Made by a program: the position numbers and the translations under genes
Notes under the pieces: model-generated
Database searches by the model: none
Told to the model about the DNA's origin: nothing
Seen by the model: the letters and a program-made list of their open reading frames with translations, nothing else
IMG/VR virus record: IMGVR_UViG_3300010376_000033
Span: 8,587-72,586 of that record
Reading direction: 5' to 3' (one strand)
Source of the DNA: a virus
Length of the DNA stretch: 64,000 nt
Part shown: positions 36,228 through 45,768 of the stretch, one piece after another
How positions within the stretch are numbered: the stretch's first letter is position 1
How the letters are laid out: the number at the start of each line of letters is the position of its first letter

Positions 36228-36245
36228 TCCTCTCCTGTGTACACG

Positions 36246-36369
36246 ATTTTTTGGCTTTCGTCTGCCAGAGTGACAGGGTAAATCTCCTTCCGCGTAGTTA
36301 ATTTTTTGGGTTTTGTCTGCCAGAGTGACAGGGTAAATCTCCTTCCGGGTACAGGATTTTTTGGTTTTC
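36246..36369 (+). repeat. 55-bp period direct repeat, candidate packaging site
   Basis: ATTTTTTGG at 36246, 36301, 36356; exact 33-mer GTCTGCCAGAGTGACAGGGTAAATCTCCTTCCG at 36260 and 36315. Confidence 0.8.
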
Positions 36370-36410
36370 TCCTGTCATTTTGTCAGGCTGCTAGCGGAAA
36401 GCGGCTGGTT

Positions 36411-37916
36411 ATGTTGGATTTTTTCTTATCGCATCCGGAGTTGGTGAGTCCGGCGTCTTTGGGGAAGGCGACGGAGAGTTGGTGGCAGACGCCGCCGCAC
36501 ATGCAGGTGACGGATGCGGCTTTGCTGCGGGTTTTTCGTGGGGACTGTAAGCGGCTGATGATTAACGAGCCGTACCAGCATGGCAAGAGTGAGCATGTGA
36601 CCAAGAAGTTTCCTTGCTGGTATCTGTTGCTCAATCCGGAGGCCAGGATTGTGATTATTGGCCATGAGTACAATTTTGCCGTGACGCAGTACGGCTTGCA
36701 TATTCAAGATTTGTTTAATCGTTGGGGTCCGCCGTTGGGGTTGGAGATACGTGAGGATGTCCGGGCTAAGGGAACGTGGCAGGTGGCGGGGCATCGCGGC
36801 AGTGTGATCTGCCGGGGTTGGCAGGGTGGTGTGGCGGGTTTGCCGGCGGATTTGTTTATTATTGACGATTTGGTCAAGAATGCCGAGCAGGCCATGAGTG
36901 AGGCGATTTCCGAGGCGCACTGGCGTTTTTTTATGACCGTGGTGTTTGGCCGTGTCCAGCGCACGGAGTCCAGGCTGGTGGTGGTGGGGACGCGTTGGAC
37001 CAAGCGCGACCTCTTTGGCCGGCTCTTGGACATGGCCCGGCGGACGGGGGAACAATGGGAGCATTTGAAGTTTAAGGCGTTGGCGACGCCCAATGACAAC
37101 CTGGGGCGTCAGGAGGGCCAGCCGCTGTGGCCGGAGCAGGTGTCGCTCGATAAGCTGTTGGCGGCCAAGCAGGAGATGGGCCGCTGGTGGCAGGCTGGCT
37201 GGCAGCAGGAGCCAACCGACGAGGAAGGGGCGTTCTTTAAGCCCAGCAAGTGGCCCAGCTTTGGCGATGTCGGCGGGGCCTTTACGCTCTTACAGCCCGG
37301 CGGCGGCCGGCAGCTGTTGGGCTATCAGGATACCTTGCGTTTTGTCTGCGTCGATTGGGCCACCTCAGAGCGGAAACACGCCGATTTCACGGCCATTGGT
37401 GTCTTCGCTCTGTGCCCCGATGGCCGCTTGCTGGTTTTATCCATGACCAATGAGCGCATTGCCCTGGAGCAGGTCGTGGCCACGCTGGCTGGGGTCTGCC
37501 GCACCTGGCAGCCGGCCTTCACCGTGGTCGAGAGCGGCGGCTTCCAGACCGCCCTGGCCATCGAATGCCGGCGTTATCTAGACATTCCCGAATGCCGCCA
37601 GGTCAAGGCCCAGGGCCGCTCCAAGCTCCAGCGCGCCCTGCCGGCCATCGTTATGGCCGAAAATGGTCGCATCCTCCTGCCCGATCCGGTCCACTGTGCG
37701 CCCGTGGGGCTCATCCAGGATAGCGGCTGGCTCGATTCCTATAGAATTCAGATGACCGAATTCACGGGCCTGGACGATGGCGGCCATGACGATATGGTCG
37801 ATGTCACCGCCTACGCCGCCCAGCAGGCCCAACTCCTGCGCGGCGGCTCGCTGCCCCTGTTGGCCGGCAACGAGCCGTGCCTCTTGACCGCAGGCAAGGA
37901 CACGGGAGGTTGGTGA
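36411..37916 (+). CDS. terL: Terminase large subunit
   Basis: LMINEPYQHGKS (Walker A), LFIIDDLVK (Walker B), VVGTRWTKRDL, CVDWAT, HDDMVD nuclease motifs. Confidence 0.93.
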   Translation: MLDFFLSHPELVSPASLGKATESWWQTPPHMQVTDAALLRVFRGDCKRLMINEPYQHGKSEHVTKKFPCWYLLLNPEARIVIIGHEYNFAVTQYGLHIQDLFNRWGPPLGLEIREDVRAKGTWQVAGHRGSVICRGWQGGVAGLPADLFIIDDLVKNAEQAMSEAISEAHWRFFMTVVFGRVQRTESRLVVVGTRWTKRDLFGRLLDMARRTGEQWEHLKFKALATPNDNLGRQEGQPLWPEQVSLDKLLAAKQEMGRWWQAGWQQEPTDEEGAFFKPSKWPSFGDVGGAFTLLQPGGGRQLLGYQDTLRFVCVDWATSERKHADFTAIGVFALCPDGRLLVLSMTNERIALEQVVATLAGVCRTWQPAFTVVESGGFQTALAIECRRYLDIPECRQVKAQGRSKLQRALPAIVMAENGRILLPDPVHCAPVGLIQDSGWLDSYRIQMTEFTGLDDGGHDDMVDVTAYAAQQAQLLRGGSLPLLAGNEPCLLTAGKDTGGW

Positions 37917-37917
37917 C

Positions 37918-38142
37918 ATGGACGCCGGAGACGACCAGCGCCTGCCAGAGCGCCTCTTGACGGATGTGGAGTCCCGGCACAATGAGATCATCAATTTGGC
38001 CCGGCGCAGCTGTTTTCATGAGCCGTTTTATGAGCCGGGGACGGGCGTGCGCTGCCTGAAATGTGGCGGCTTGTTTATCCTGGTACTCTTGCCGGTCCTG
38101 TCCCAGGGCCGTCTCCGTCTTGAGGATGACGACGATGGCTAA
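37918..38142 (+). CDS. Hypothetical protein
   Basis: GGAGG RBS; CLKC. Confidence 0.5.
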   Translation: MDAGDDQRLPERLLTDVESRHNEIINLARRSCFHEPFYEPGTGVRCLKCGGLFILVLLPVLSQGRLRLEDDDDG

Positions 38143-38428
38143 GCCGGTCGTGCCTTTTCGGGTCGAAATCAAGGACGTGCGCGGCCATCCGGCCGTCTTC
38201 CTGCACTACACCTGTACCTTCCCCGGCGGCAAAACCGGCCAAGGAGTCTTGCACGTCGGGCCTCCTTTAGAGCAAAATGACGCTCCTTACTACCGTGACC
38301 CGCTGGGGGTCGCCATCTTGCAGCTGCTTCGCCAGAGCGAGCGCTGGCAAGAAGAAAACCAGGCGCTGGCCCAGCGCCTGGACGAGATGATCGCCGCCCC
38401 GACGGCGCCGGTCAGTAAACGCAAGTAG
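38135..38428 (+). CDS. Hypothetical protein
   Basis: GAGG RBS; overlaps the upstream gene end. Confidence 0.5.
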   Translation: MAKPVVPFRVEIKDVRGHPAVFLHYTCTFPGGKTGQGVLHVGPPLEQNDAPYYRDPLGVAILQLLRQSERWQEENQALAQRLDEMIAAPTAPVSKRK

Positions 38429-38438
38429 GGAGCTTCCC

Positions 38439-39758
38439 GTGGCCAATGTCCAATGGACCGGCAACGGCAAAACCATCGCCCAGGTGGACACCATCACCAT
38501 CTCCATTGTGCCGGCCGGCGGCGGCGGCCTCTTGATGGCAACGATTTCCAACAAGCAGCTCAACTACATCACCCAGATCGGCGATACCCCCGCTACAGCC
38601 GCCCAGAACTGGTTTGCCCTCCTGTCCAGCAACCAGGCGCCCCTGGAATTCCAGGACATCGTTTGGACCATCCAGAACAACGTCATCACCGCCACGGCCG
38701 CTAGCCCGGGCACGCCCTTTACTCTCTCCGCCACGGCCACCAATAGCGCCGTCATCAACCAGGCCCATACCCAGGCCAACGTCTCACCCTCCGATGTCGC
38801 TAACCCCAACAACTGGCTCCGCAACAACAACAACGTCGTACCCCAGACCGGCGATGTCCTGATCCTGGCCAATTCGACCATCCCCCTCCTGTGGAACTTG
38901 GATTACTTCGCCGGCACCGTCTTTTCCGGATTGACCCGCTACCAGTCCTTTCAGCCAACCCTGGGCGTCGGCCTGCCCGACCGGAATCCGGCCGGCTACC
39001 TGGAGTACCGCCCTACCTACTTCCAGTTTGCCAGCCCCCAACCCTACGGCTTGCCCCAGCTCATCCTGGGACTGGGCGCCACGGGACGCGGCCCCGGTCG
39101 CGAGCGCTACTACATCACGGGCGGCCCGGCCTTTATCCACGTTCTGGCCTCCGGACAAGCCCTTGATGACTATGCCATCCGCCTGTTGCTCGATAACTCC
39201 GGCTCCCAGCTGCTCCAGTCCGGCTCGTCGGTCGGCCTGGCCACGGGGATCGGCGAATCGTCGGGCCTGGCCACGGCAACCGTCGATGGCGGCGGCCTGT
39301 TGGCCCTGGGAGCCGGCGTCCTCTACGGCATCGTGCCGCCACCCGCCGGCACCTCGTCGTCCAGTCCCAGCCTGCAAAATATCGGTATCTTGGACATCAT
39401 CGGCTCGACCCTGCTCTGCGCCAGCGCCCCGGGCACGCTCATCGCCGAACAAGGCAGCACCATCCTGCTCAGCTCGGTCGCCGAAATTTACTGGAAAATC
39501 ATCGCCGAAGGCGGCTCTTTGGTGCGCGGCCAACGCCTGGGCGGCCGCATCGACAGCATCACCTTGCTGTCCGGCTCGATTCTTGATAAATCCGGCGATG
39601 TCTTGACGTGCGTTATCAACAATGCGGGCATTGCCGCCGATTGCCAGGTTCTCGATCCCAACAATGCCATCGTCTGGAACAATCCCGTGGCCGTCCAGGG
39701 CGCCATCACCTCGGGAATCTTTGTCACCGGCTTTGGCCGCATGGTGCAAGTAATATGA
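38439..39758 (+). CDS. Putative structural protein (beta-rich)
   Basis: T/N/G/I-rich with glycine beta-helix-like C-terminal repeats and a short SSSSPS tract; lies between terL and the protease. Confidence 0.55.
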   Translation: MANVQWTGNGKTIAQVDTITISIVPAGGGGLLMATISNKQLNYITQIGDTPATAAQNWFALLSSNQAPLEFQDIVWTIQNNVITATAASPGTPFTLSATATNSAVINQAHTQANVSPSDVANPNNWLRNNNNVVPQTGDVLILANSTIPLLWNLDYFAGTVFSGLTRYQSFQPTLGVGLPDRNPAGYLEYRPTYFQFASPQPYGLPQLILGLGATGRGPGRERYYITGGPAFIHVLASGQALDDYAIRLLLDNSGSQLLQSGSSVGLATGIGESSGLATATVDGGGLLALGAGVLYGIVPPPAGTSSSSPSLQNIGILDIIGSTLLCASAPGTLIAEQGSTILLSSVAEIYWKIIAEGGSLVRGQRLGGRIDSITLLSGSILDKSGDVLTCVINNAGIAADCQVLDPNNAIVWNNPVAVQGAITSGIFVTGFGRMVQVI

Positions 39759-39964
39759 TCCAGGTCACCCTCATGCCGGCCCCGGTCGGCCAGGCCGCTA
39801 CCATCATCCCGGTCGGCGATGTCGAGGTCGTCCTCGACACCGTGTGCCCGCACTGTAACGGCAAGGGCACGAAATGCGAACCCTGTAAGGGCAAGGGCGC
39901 TATCCCAACGCCCGCCGGCCGCCGCCTCTTGGCCTTCTGGAAACGCCACGGAGACATACCATGA
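39755..39964 (+). CDS. Small DnaJ-like Zn-finger protein
   Basis: CPHCNGKG..CEPCKGKG. Confidence 0.6.
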   Translation: MIQVTLMPAPVGQAATIIPVGDVEVVLDTVCPHCNGKGTKCEPCKGKGAIPTPAGRRLLAFWKRHGDIP

Positions 39965-40197
39965 GCAACAACAACGGCCCGCCGCCCGACGGCGAAATTG
40001 TCTTTGTCATCCGCTATGATCCCGCCACCCGCGGCGTCAGCTGGCGCTGTACGCCCGGCTTTCCCCACGACGCTCTGGTCAACGGCCTGGGCCTAGCCCA
40101 GCTCATGTTCCAGAGCTTGCAACTTCAAGCCGTTACCCAGGGCCAGCCGCCGCCCCGGCTAACCTTCCCCGACGGCACGCCCTTTACGCCCGGCTAA
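39961..40197 (+). CDS. Hypothetical protein
   Basis: GGAG RBS; ATGA overlap. Confidence 0.55.
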   Translation: MSNNNGPPPDGEIVFVIRYDPATRGVSWRCTPGFPHDALVNGLGLAQLMFQSLQLQAVTQGQPPPRLTFPDGTPFTPG

Positions 40198-40269
40198 GGT
40201 CCTTTAGGAAATTGGCTTGCAGGCGGAGTCCCTGACTCTGTAAACTGTGCGAAAATTAAGGGGCCTCTC

Positions 40270-41772
40270 ATGCGAATTGAAAAGGAAGTAATCCGGCCCG
40301 GCACCTACTGGTACGACGACCCCCTGACGCACACACCGCGCAAGGCCGTCCTGAGCGCCGAGTCGGTGCGCTATCTCTACGACCAGGGCAAGGCCATGCT
40401 GGCGGCCGGACTGTCGATCCCCGTGCCCCTGGAGCATCAAAAACTCCAGGCCATGACCGCCGCCGAGAAGGCCGCCGCCAATTTGCAAAACAACGCCGGC
40501 TGGGTCCACGACTTTAAATTGAAGACCATTAAGGACGAGGCCAGCGGCCAAGAGGTCGAAGCGCTGTTCTCGGATACCGACATCCTGGACGCCAAGATCG
40601 CCGCCAAGCTGCCCAAGACCATCCGCTGGACCAGCCCCTATATCTCGTCCTTCACCGACGGCAACGGCAAGACCTGGAACGGCGTCATTTCCCATCTGGC
40701 CCTGACAACCCGGCCGCGCATCATCAAGCAGCAGCCCTTCCCCTCCCTGGCCGCCGCCATGTCCCTGGCCGAGCAGCTCCAGGACAGCCCGCCGCCCCAG
40801 AGCCCGGGCGCCGCTATCCCCGGCATCCTCCTGTCCCGGGCCGGCCTGCTCAAGAAAATCAAGGACAAGCTGGCACCGGCCTTTCCGGTCGCCTTCTCCT
40901 TGTGGTCGGGCATCGGCCTGGCGGCGGATTTTCCCAAAGACAAAAAAGAGGGGAAAAAGGACAAAAAGGACGAAGGCTCAAAGCCGCACGAGGGTGAAGG
41001 TGAGGGCAAGGGCGAGCCCACGATTCCCGAGGAGACCCGGGAAGAGCTGGAAGAGTCCCTGATCGACGAGGACGGCGACATCTCCATCTACGCCGTCACG
41101 GCCGACCTGCTGGACGCCATCGGCATTCCGATGGAAGCCTCGACGGCTGAAAATTTTCTACAAAACCTCTACAACGCCGTGATGGCGCAGATCAAGGGAG
41201 AAGGGGGCACCATGCCGGAACCGACCAAAACAGCAGCGAACGACCAAGGCCAGGGCGGCAAAGCCCCGGTCATCCAGGAGCAGCCGCCTCTCTATATGTC
41301 CCTGGACCACGTGCAAACCATTGCCGACCCAACCCTGCGCTCCATCGCCCTATCCAATCTCAAGCTTCAGGAACAAATTACCGCTCTGGGCAAGCGCCAT
41401 GAGTGCCTGGAAAAGAACGCCCTGGATAGCGCCAAGGCCCGGCGGCAGGCCCGCATCGATCGCCTCTTGAGTAAATTGTCACCCAAGGCCAAGGAGCGTC
41501 TGGCCGCCGAGGCCCAGAGCGCCGCCTTCGCGCTCGGCGACGACGGCCTGGTCAAGGATGCGCTCGAAACGACCCTGACGCTTTTAGAAGAGAGCGTGCC
41601 GGATTTGCCCGACCTGCTTATCAAAGACCCGCGCCTGTTCTCCGTGCAGGCCCATCCCAAGGAGTTTCAGGGCGAGATGAGCGAGGAACGCCGCCAGCAG
41701 GTCGTTGCCGAAGCCTGCAAAAACGGCCGCGTCCGCACACCCGCCGACCTCGTGATGCCGGCCAAGAAGTAA
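40270..41772 (+). CDS. Head maturation protease / scaffold (Mu gpI-like)
   Basis: VIRPGTY...IPVPLEH...NAGWV...RWTSP...ISHLALTTRP N-terminal protease pattern, then acidic and coiled scaffold-like region. Confidence 0.75.
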   Translation: MRIEKEVIRPGTYWYDDPLTHTPRKAVLSAESVRYLYDQGKAMLAAGLSIPVPLEHQKLQAMTAAEKAAANLQNNAGWVHDFKLKTIKDEASGQEVEALFSDTDILDAKIAAKLPKTIRWTSPYISSFTDGNGKTWNGVISHLALTTRPRIIKQQPFPSLAAAMSLAEQLQDSPPPQSPGAAIPGILLSRAGLLKKIKDKLAPAFPVAFSLWSGIGLAADFPKDKKEGKKDKKDEGSKPHEGEGEGKGEPTIPEETREELEESLIDEDGDISIYAVTADLLDAIGIPMEASTAENFLQNLYNAVMAQIKGEGGTMPEPTKTAANDQGQGGKAPVIQEQPPLYMSLDHVQTIADPTLRSIALSNLKLQEQITALGKRHECLEKNALDSAKARRQARIDRLLSKLSPKAKERLAAEAQSAAFALGDDGLVKDALETTLTLLEESVPDLPDLLIKDPRLFSVQAHPKEFQGEMSEERRQQVVAEACKNGRVRTPADLVMPAKK

Positions 41773-41800
41773 CCTCCTTTTATCCCAGGGAGGCTAGGCG

Positions 41801-42364
41801 ATGAGTTGGGTAGAGGAGCTGGCACGACAAAATGGCACCAAAGCGGCAGCATCCGCCGCCAACGTCGAGGTGCCGTCACCTCCTCCCGTGCCGCCTCTGC
41901 CCACTCCGCCTCCAGTCGCCGCGCCGCGCCGCGTCTGCCTGGGCCGGCGTCAAGATGTCAGTAATCCAGGCATTTCCTTTACCGCGCTCGAGCCGGTGTG
42001 CGGCCAACCGCTCCGCCACCTCCTGGGCGACCAGATCACCTTCGAGAAAGAGCTGGTCAGTTGTCCGCGCTGCTTGGAGGCCGCCCTGGCAGCCCCGGCC
42101 CTGGCCGCCGCGACCAACGTGGCGCCAGCGGCCGCGACCAGCGTGGACCTGCCGCAGCCGGGGCCCAGGCCGGCTGGGACGGTCTTCCCCGTCCCTGACG
42201 GCAACGTCAAAGATTTTCTGGACTCCTTACTTGATGTTCCCGCGCTGGAGGGCAAGTTGGTAGAGTTGGAAGGCGAAGCGGAGGCTGTCCGGGTGTTACT
42301 CCAGGCGGCCTTGGCACGGGAAGCCAAAAAACAGGCAATGTCCGAACCAGGGGCCGCGCGCTAA
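41801..42364 (+). CDS. Hypothetical protein with Pro-rich linkers and a Zn motif
   Basis: GGAGG RBS; PVCG...VSCPRC. Confidence 0.6.
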   Translation: MSWVEELARQNGTKAAASAANVEVPSPPPVPPLPTPPPVAAPRRVCLGRRQDVSNPGISFTALEPVCGQPLRHLLGDQITFEKELVSCPRCLEAALAAPALAAATNVAPAAATSVDLPQPGPRPAGTVFPVPDGNVKDFLDSLLDVPALEGKLVELEGEAEAVRVLLQAALAREAKKQAMSEPGAAR

Positions 42365-42436
42365 CACGCGGTCACAGGTCGGCCTGAACCGGAGTAATTA
42401 CCCGGAAGAGGCCAATATCCTCGCTGGCTCATATTG

Positions 42437-42476
42437 GGGGCCGCGTGCGCTAGACGCTGCGGCCCCTCTTTTTTTT
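42437..42476 (+). terminator. Strong intrinsic terminator upstream of the capsid genes
   Basis: GGGGCCGC/GCGGCCCC stem followed by TC and eight T. Confidence 0.8.
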
Positions 42477-42491
42477 GCCAGGGGGTGTTCC

Positions 42492-43265
42492 TTGTTCCGC
42501 ACCGATGTCTATGGCTTGCCGCCTGGCCTTACCGCGGCGGTAGAAACCTACGAGAACGCCTTCCGCTGGGGACCGGCCGGCTTGGGGCTCATTACTTCCG
42601 GCTATATCAACGCCGCCGCCAGCGATCCCGGCAACGGCGCCACCACCTTCGAGCTGCGCCCCGGCCTGGTCATGGCCCAGAAGTCCGACGGCACCTGGAT
42701 GAATTACAGCCCGACGGCCACCGACGGCAGCCAGGTCGCTACGGGCGTCAATATCACCGGCATCCGTATGACCGATATCCTGACCCAGCAGGGCCAGGCA
42801 CGCTTCTACGGCATCCTGGTCGGCGGCCCCGTCCAGGCCGCCAAGCTCATCGGCTTAGACCTCAACGCCCGGCAGACAATGGACAAGTTCGCCTTCGATG
42901 ACGCCTTCAACTATCCCGGCAGCCATTGGTTTCCCTTTCGCAACTTCCAGACCAAGACGGCCAACTACCAGATTGTCGCCGCCGACAACTTCACCCTCTT
43001 CGACAATCTCGGCGCCAGCGGCGAGGTCGATTTGACCCTGCCGCCTATCGCCAACGGTTACTATTTCGCCCTCAAAGCCTCGGTCGGCCAGGTCTTCAAG
43101 TTCATTTCCAGCGAAGGCGGTAACATCCAGGGCGATACGGCGACGCGCTCGGCCGTGTCGATCACGGCCATCGGCGGCGGTCTCGAGGTGTTCACCAATC
43201 CCGCCGCGACCAAGTGGTACGTCGGCAACATTTCCACAGGTGCCCAGGTCGTGTCTTATAGCTAA
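42492..43265 (+). CDS. Head decoration protein (lambda gpD-like) with C-terminal extension
   Basis: ELRPGLVMAQKSDGTWMNYSPTATDGSQVATGV; directly upstream of the capsid gene. Confidence 0.7.
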   Translation: MFRTDVYGLPPGLTAAVETYENAFRWGPAGLGLITSGYINAAASDPGNGATTFELRPGLVMAQKSDGTWMNYSPTATDGSQVATGVNITGIRMTDILTQQGQARFYGILVGGPVQAAKLIGLDLNARQTMDKFAFDDAFNYPGSHWFPFRNFQTKTANYQIVAADNFTLFDNLGASGEVDLTLPPIANGYYFALKASVGQVFKFISSEGGNIQGDTATRSAVSITAIGGGLEVFTNPAATKWYVGNISTGAQVVSYS

Positions 43266-43277
43266 GGAACCTTACCC

Positions 43278-44483
43278 ATGCCAGCATCACTGCACGAACT
43301 CCTCCAGCCGCAGGTTATCCTGGATGTGGTCAGCCGCATCCGCGAGCGGCAGACACGCCTGGGCCGCTGGATGGGTTTTCAGCCCAACCGCTACGACCCC
43401 GATACCGTGTCCCTGGCCGGGCCCAACACGGTCAGCGGTATGACTCGTTATGCTACCTTCCGGCTCTTTGATTTCACGCGCGTTATCAGCAAGATGCGCG
43501 CTCCCAACACGGGACCGGCGACGGTCGCCCCCAATCCGGTGGGCGATGTACGTATCTCCTGTGCTAGGTTTCACGAGAAAATCCCTTTGTCCTACGAGGA
43601 GCTGGGCAACCTGTCGCCCATCGTCGGCCCCAACAGCCAGATCGACCCGGGCGGCCAGGACTATATCCAGCGCCAGACCAAGCACATTGCCCGGCAATTC
43701 AACGCCACCGTGGAACTCTTGACCACGGGCATGATCCAGGACAACCTCTATTTCCAGCAAAATGGCGACAACTGGGTCGGCTTTATCGGCAACCCCGGCG
43801 GCATCGCCTTCCAAATTCCTTTCCAGGTTCCCGCCGGCAACAAGGCCCAACTCAACATGCTGGGGGCGGGCAATATCATCCTGATTTCCTGGGACAACCA
43901 GGGCGCACCCATCTTTAGCAATATCTCCTCCATCAAGGCGGCTTTTGCCCAGCTGTCCGGCTATCCCCTCTGTCATGGCTGGTGCAACAGCCTCATGTGG
44001 TACAACCTGGTCACCAACACCGAAATCCGCAATCTGGCCGGCACCTCGGTCTCGCCCTTCGCCGAGTACGATCACATCGAGGAGCGCGGCGCCGACGGCA
44101 TCCCCACCGAAGGCTATGCGGCCGTCTTGCGCGCCGATCCGACCATCCAGTGGCATATCACCGATGAGGTCGTCATCACCGGCAATACCGATGTGGACCC
44201 GTCCTGGTCCACCGCACCGGCCTCGTCGGTTATCCAGAAGACCGTGCCCGATAAGATGGTCTTTTTCTTGACCGAGCCCACCGGGGAATGGTCGAAAATG
44301 TACCACGGCGGCGAATATGTGGTGGAAAATCCGGGCATGCCCGGGGCGCCGCGCTCGGGCTATTACTTCTGGCACGAGTACGTGACGCAACCTTCGGCCA
44401 TCGACCTGATCGGCCTTCTCAACTGTGTGCCCCTTCTCTACATTCCCAAGGTAGTGGCCCCGGCGCAAGTTGTTTTCCCCTGA
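43278..44483 (+). CDS. Major capsid protein
   Basis: 401 aa after protease and decoration genes; lambda gpE-like layout; AAGGA RBS. Confidence 0.8.
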   Translation: MPASLHELLQPQVILDVVSRIRERQTRLGRWMGFQPNRYDPDTVSLAGPNTVSGMTRYATFRLFDFTRVISKMRAPNTGPATVAPNPVGDVRISCARFHEKIPLSYEELGNLSPIVGPNSQIDPGGQDYIQRQTKHIARQFNATVELLTTGMIQDNLYFQQNGDNWVGFIGNPGGIAFQIPFQVPAGNKAQLNMLGAGNIILISWDNQGAPIFSNISSIKAAFAQLSGYPLCHGWCNSLMWYNLVTNTEIRNLAGTSVSPFAEYDHIEERGADGIPTEGYAAVLRADPTIQWHITDEVVITGNTDVDPSWSTAPASSVIQKTVPDKMVFFLTEPTGEWSKMYHGGEYVVENPGMPGAPRSGYYFWHEYVTQPSAIDLIGLLNCVPLLYIPKVVAPAQVVFP

Positions 44484-44492
44484 GAAGCTGCC

Positions 44493-44741
44493 ATGTCTCC
44501 CGATGTTCCCCTCGATGACCACACCCGCGTCCGCCGCCGCATCCTGCTCTGGGCCCGCAGCGAGCGCCAGCGCCATGGCGATTTGAGCGTGGCCGGTATC
44601 GTACAGATGGCCATGAACGCCATCGGCGGTCCGCTGACCGCCTCCTCGGCCACCGTCTATCGCTTTGGCCAGTCCGTCGAATCGTTGCGCCAGGAGCTGG
44701 AAGAAATGCTGCACAAGGGCGCACGGGAGGGTTGGCTCTGA
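44493..44741 (+). CDS. Hypothetical protein
   Basis: TGATG overlap with the next gene. Confidence 0.55.
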   Translation: MSPDVPLDDHTRVRRRILLWARSERQRHGDLSVAGIVQMAMNAIGGPLTASSATVYRFGQSVESLRQELEEMLHKGAREGWL

Positions 44742-45505
44742 TGGGCCTGCAATTAAACCTGTACTGCAAACCGAACGATGTTTACGATCTGGTCGGCACC
44801 ATCGGCGGCCAACTCTTCCAGGACGATAGCCATCAGGCCAGCGGTCAAAAAATCCAAGTCGCCCAGGCCGGCAACGCCGGCGACCTGATTCTGAATATCG
44901 TGCCCCTGCTCCAGCCGCTCTTGGCCGGCACGGTCCTGGAATTTGCCAGCGCTGGCTTGATGGCGGTTACCGAAGTCACCTTGACCGCCACGGCGCAGCG
45001 CGGTGCCCTAACCCTGGCCGTGTCGCCTCTAAGCGCCGCCCTGCCGCAATTGGCCGAGGCGTTCGATAACGGGGTCAACCTGGCCTTCGCCCAGCGCCTG
45101 GTCAAAGCCTGCCAGTACGGCACCAGCCAGGTGAAGCTCTATTGCTCGTCGCGCTATGAGGACGTGGACCTCCAGCTCAATGCCGGCGAAAACGGCTCCG
45201 TCAATCGCTGGTCCAGCACCCTAGCCGCCAAGTGGCTGTGTAGCCGCCGCCTGCAAGCCGTGCCCAAGGGCCTGGACGCACTCGTCAAGGAGACACTCGA
45301 CGAATTGAAAAAAGTCAACGTCGGCTCGCTCCAGATCGAGGACATCGGCACGCGCACCTCGGGCTGGCCGTTTCTTTCCAATGTCACTCTTGATGTGGGT
45401 TATGATTACAGAAAAGTCCGCGTCGAAACTCCTCTGTCCGAAGGCACGCCGACTTATTATCCTCAAGCGGTTGATTGGAACAGCGCCCTGTGGGTCGAGC
45501 TTTGA
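44741..45505 (+). CDS. Head-tail adaptor (Mu gp36-like)
   Basis: YCKPNDV...TSQVKLYCSSRY...TLAAKWLCSRR...ETLDELKKVNVGSLQI pattern. Confidence 0.6.
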   Translation: MGLQLNLYCKPNDVYDLVGTIGGQLFQDDSHQASGQKIQVAQAGNAGDLILNIVPLLQPLLAGTVLEFASAGLMAVTEVTLTATAQRGALTLAVSPLSAALPQLAEAFDNGVNLAFAQRLVKACQYGTSQVKLYCSSRYEDVDLQLNAGENGSVNRWSSTLAAKWLCSRRLQAVPKGLDALVKETLDELKKVNVGSLQIEDIGTRTSGWPFLSNVTLDVGYDYRKVRVETPLSEGTPTYYPQAVDWNSALWVEL

Positions 45506-45519
45506 CCGGGAGGTGACTT

Positions 45520-45768
45520 ATGGCGGTTTCGGTGTCCTCGTCGTCCCTGGCGGCCCAGTTGTTCGCGATCAAACTTTATGATGCGACCGGCCACTTCGTC
45601 GCCACGGTCGATGTGCCCTCCCCGGTGCCGCCGCTTTTGTTGTACAAGGGCAATTATTACGTGTACTCGTCGTGGATTTATTCTCGTTATGTCCAGGCGG
45701 TGCCGTATACGACGCCGACCGATCTGGGCGCGCCGCCCTTGTCGGTTGTCGCCTTTCCGGAATTTTGA
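45520..45768 (+). CDS. Stand-alone paralog of the C-terminal domain of 27434..28792
   Basis: 45 of 69 residues identical in an ungapped manual alignment; GGAGG RBS. Confidence 0.8.
   Translation: MAVSVSSSSLAAQLFAIKLYDATGHFVATVDVPSPVPPLLLYKGNYYVYSSWIYSRYVQAVPYTTPTDLGAPPLSVVAFPEF

Noticed and set aside
35563-36369. Possible CRISPR array in the 33-bp and 55-bp repeats
   Set aside because: Only 2-3 units, no unique spacers between identical repeats, no cas genes.
40217-40246. Promoter TTGCAG-N18-TAAACT before the protease gene
   Set aside because: Plausible but too weak a match to report as a feature.
43287-44714. 475-aa minus-strand ORF and the many other long reverse ORFs (e.g. 17230, 38784, 53388)
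   Set aside because: They overlap well-supported + strand genes, carry no motifs and are expected in GC-rich DNA.
28583-45768. Diversity-generating retroelement (TR/VR) explanation for the duplicated domain
   Set aside because: Differences are spread over synonymous sites and are not adenine-specific; both copies are coding; no reverse transcriptase seen.
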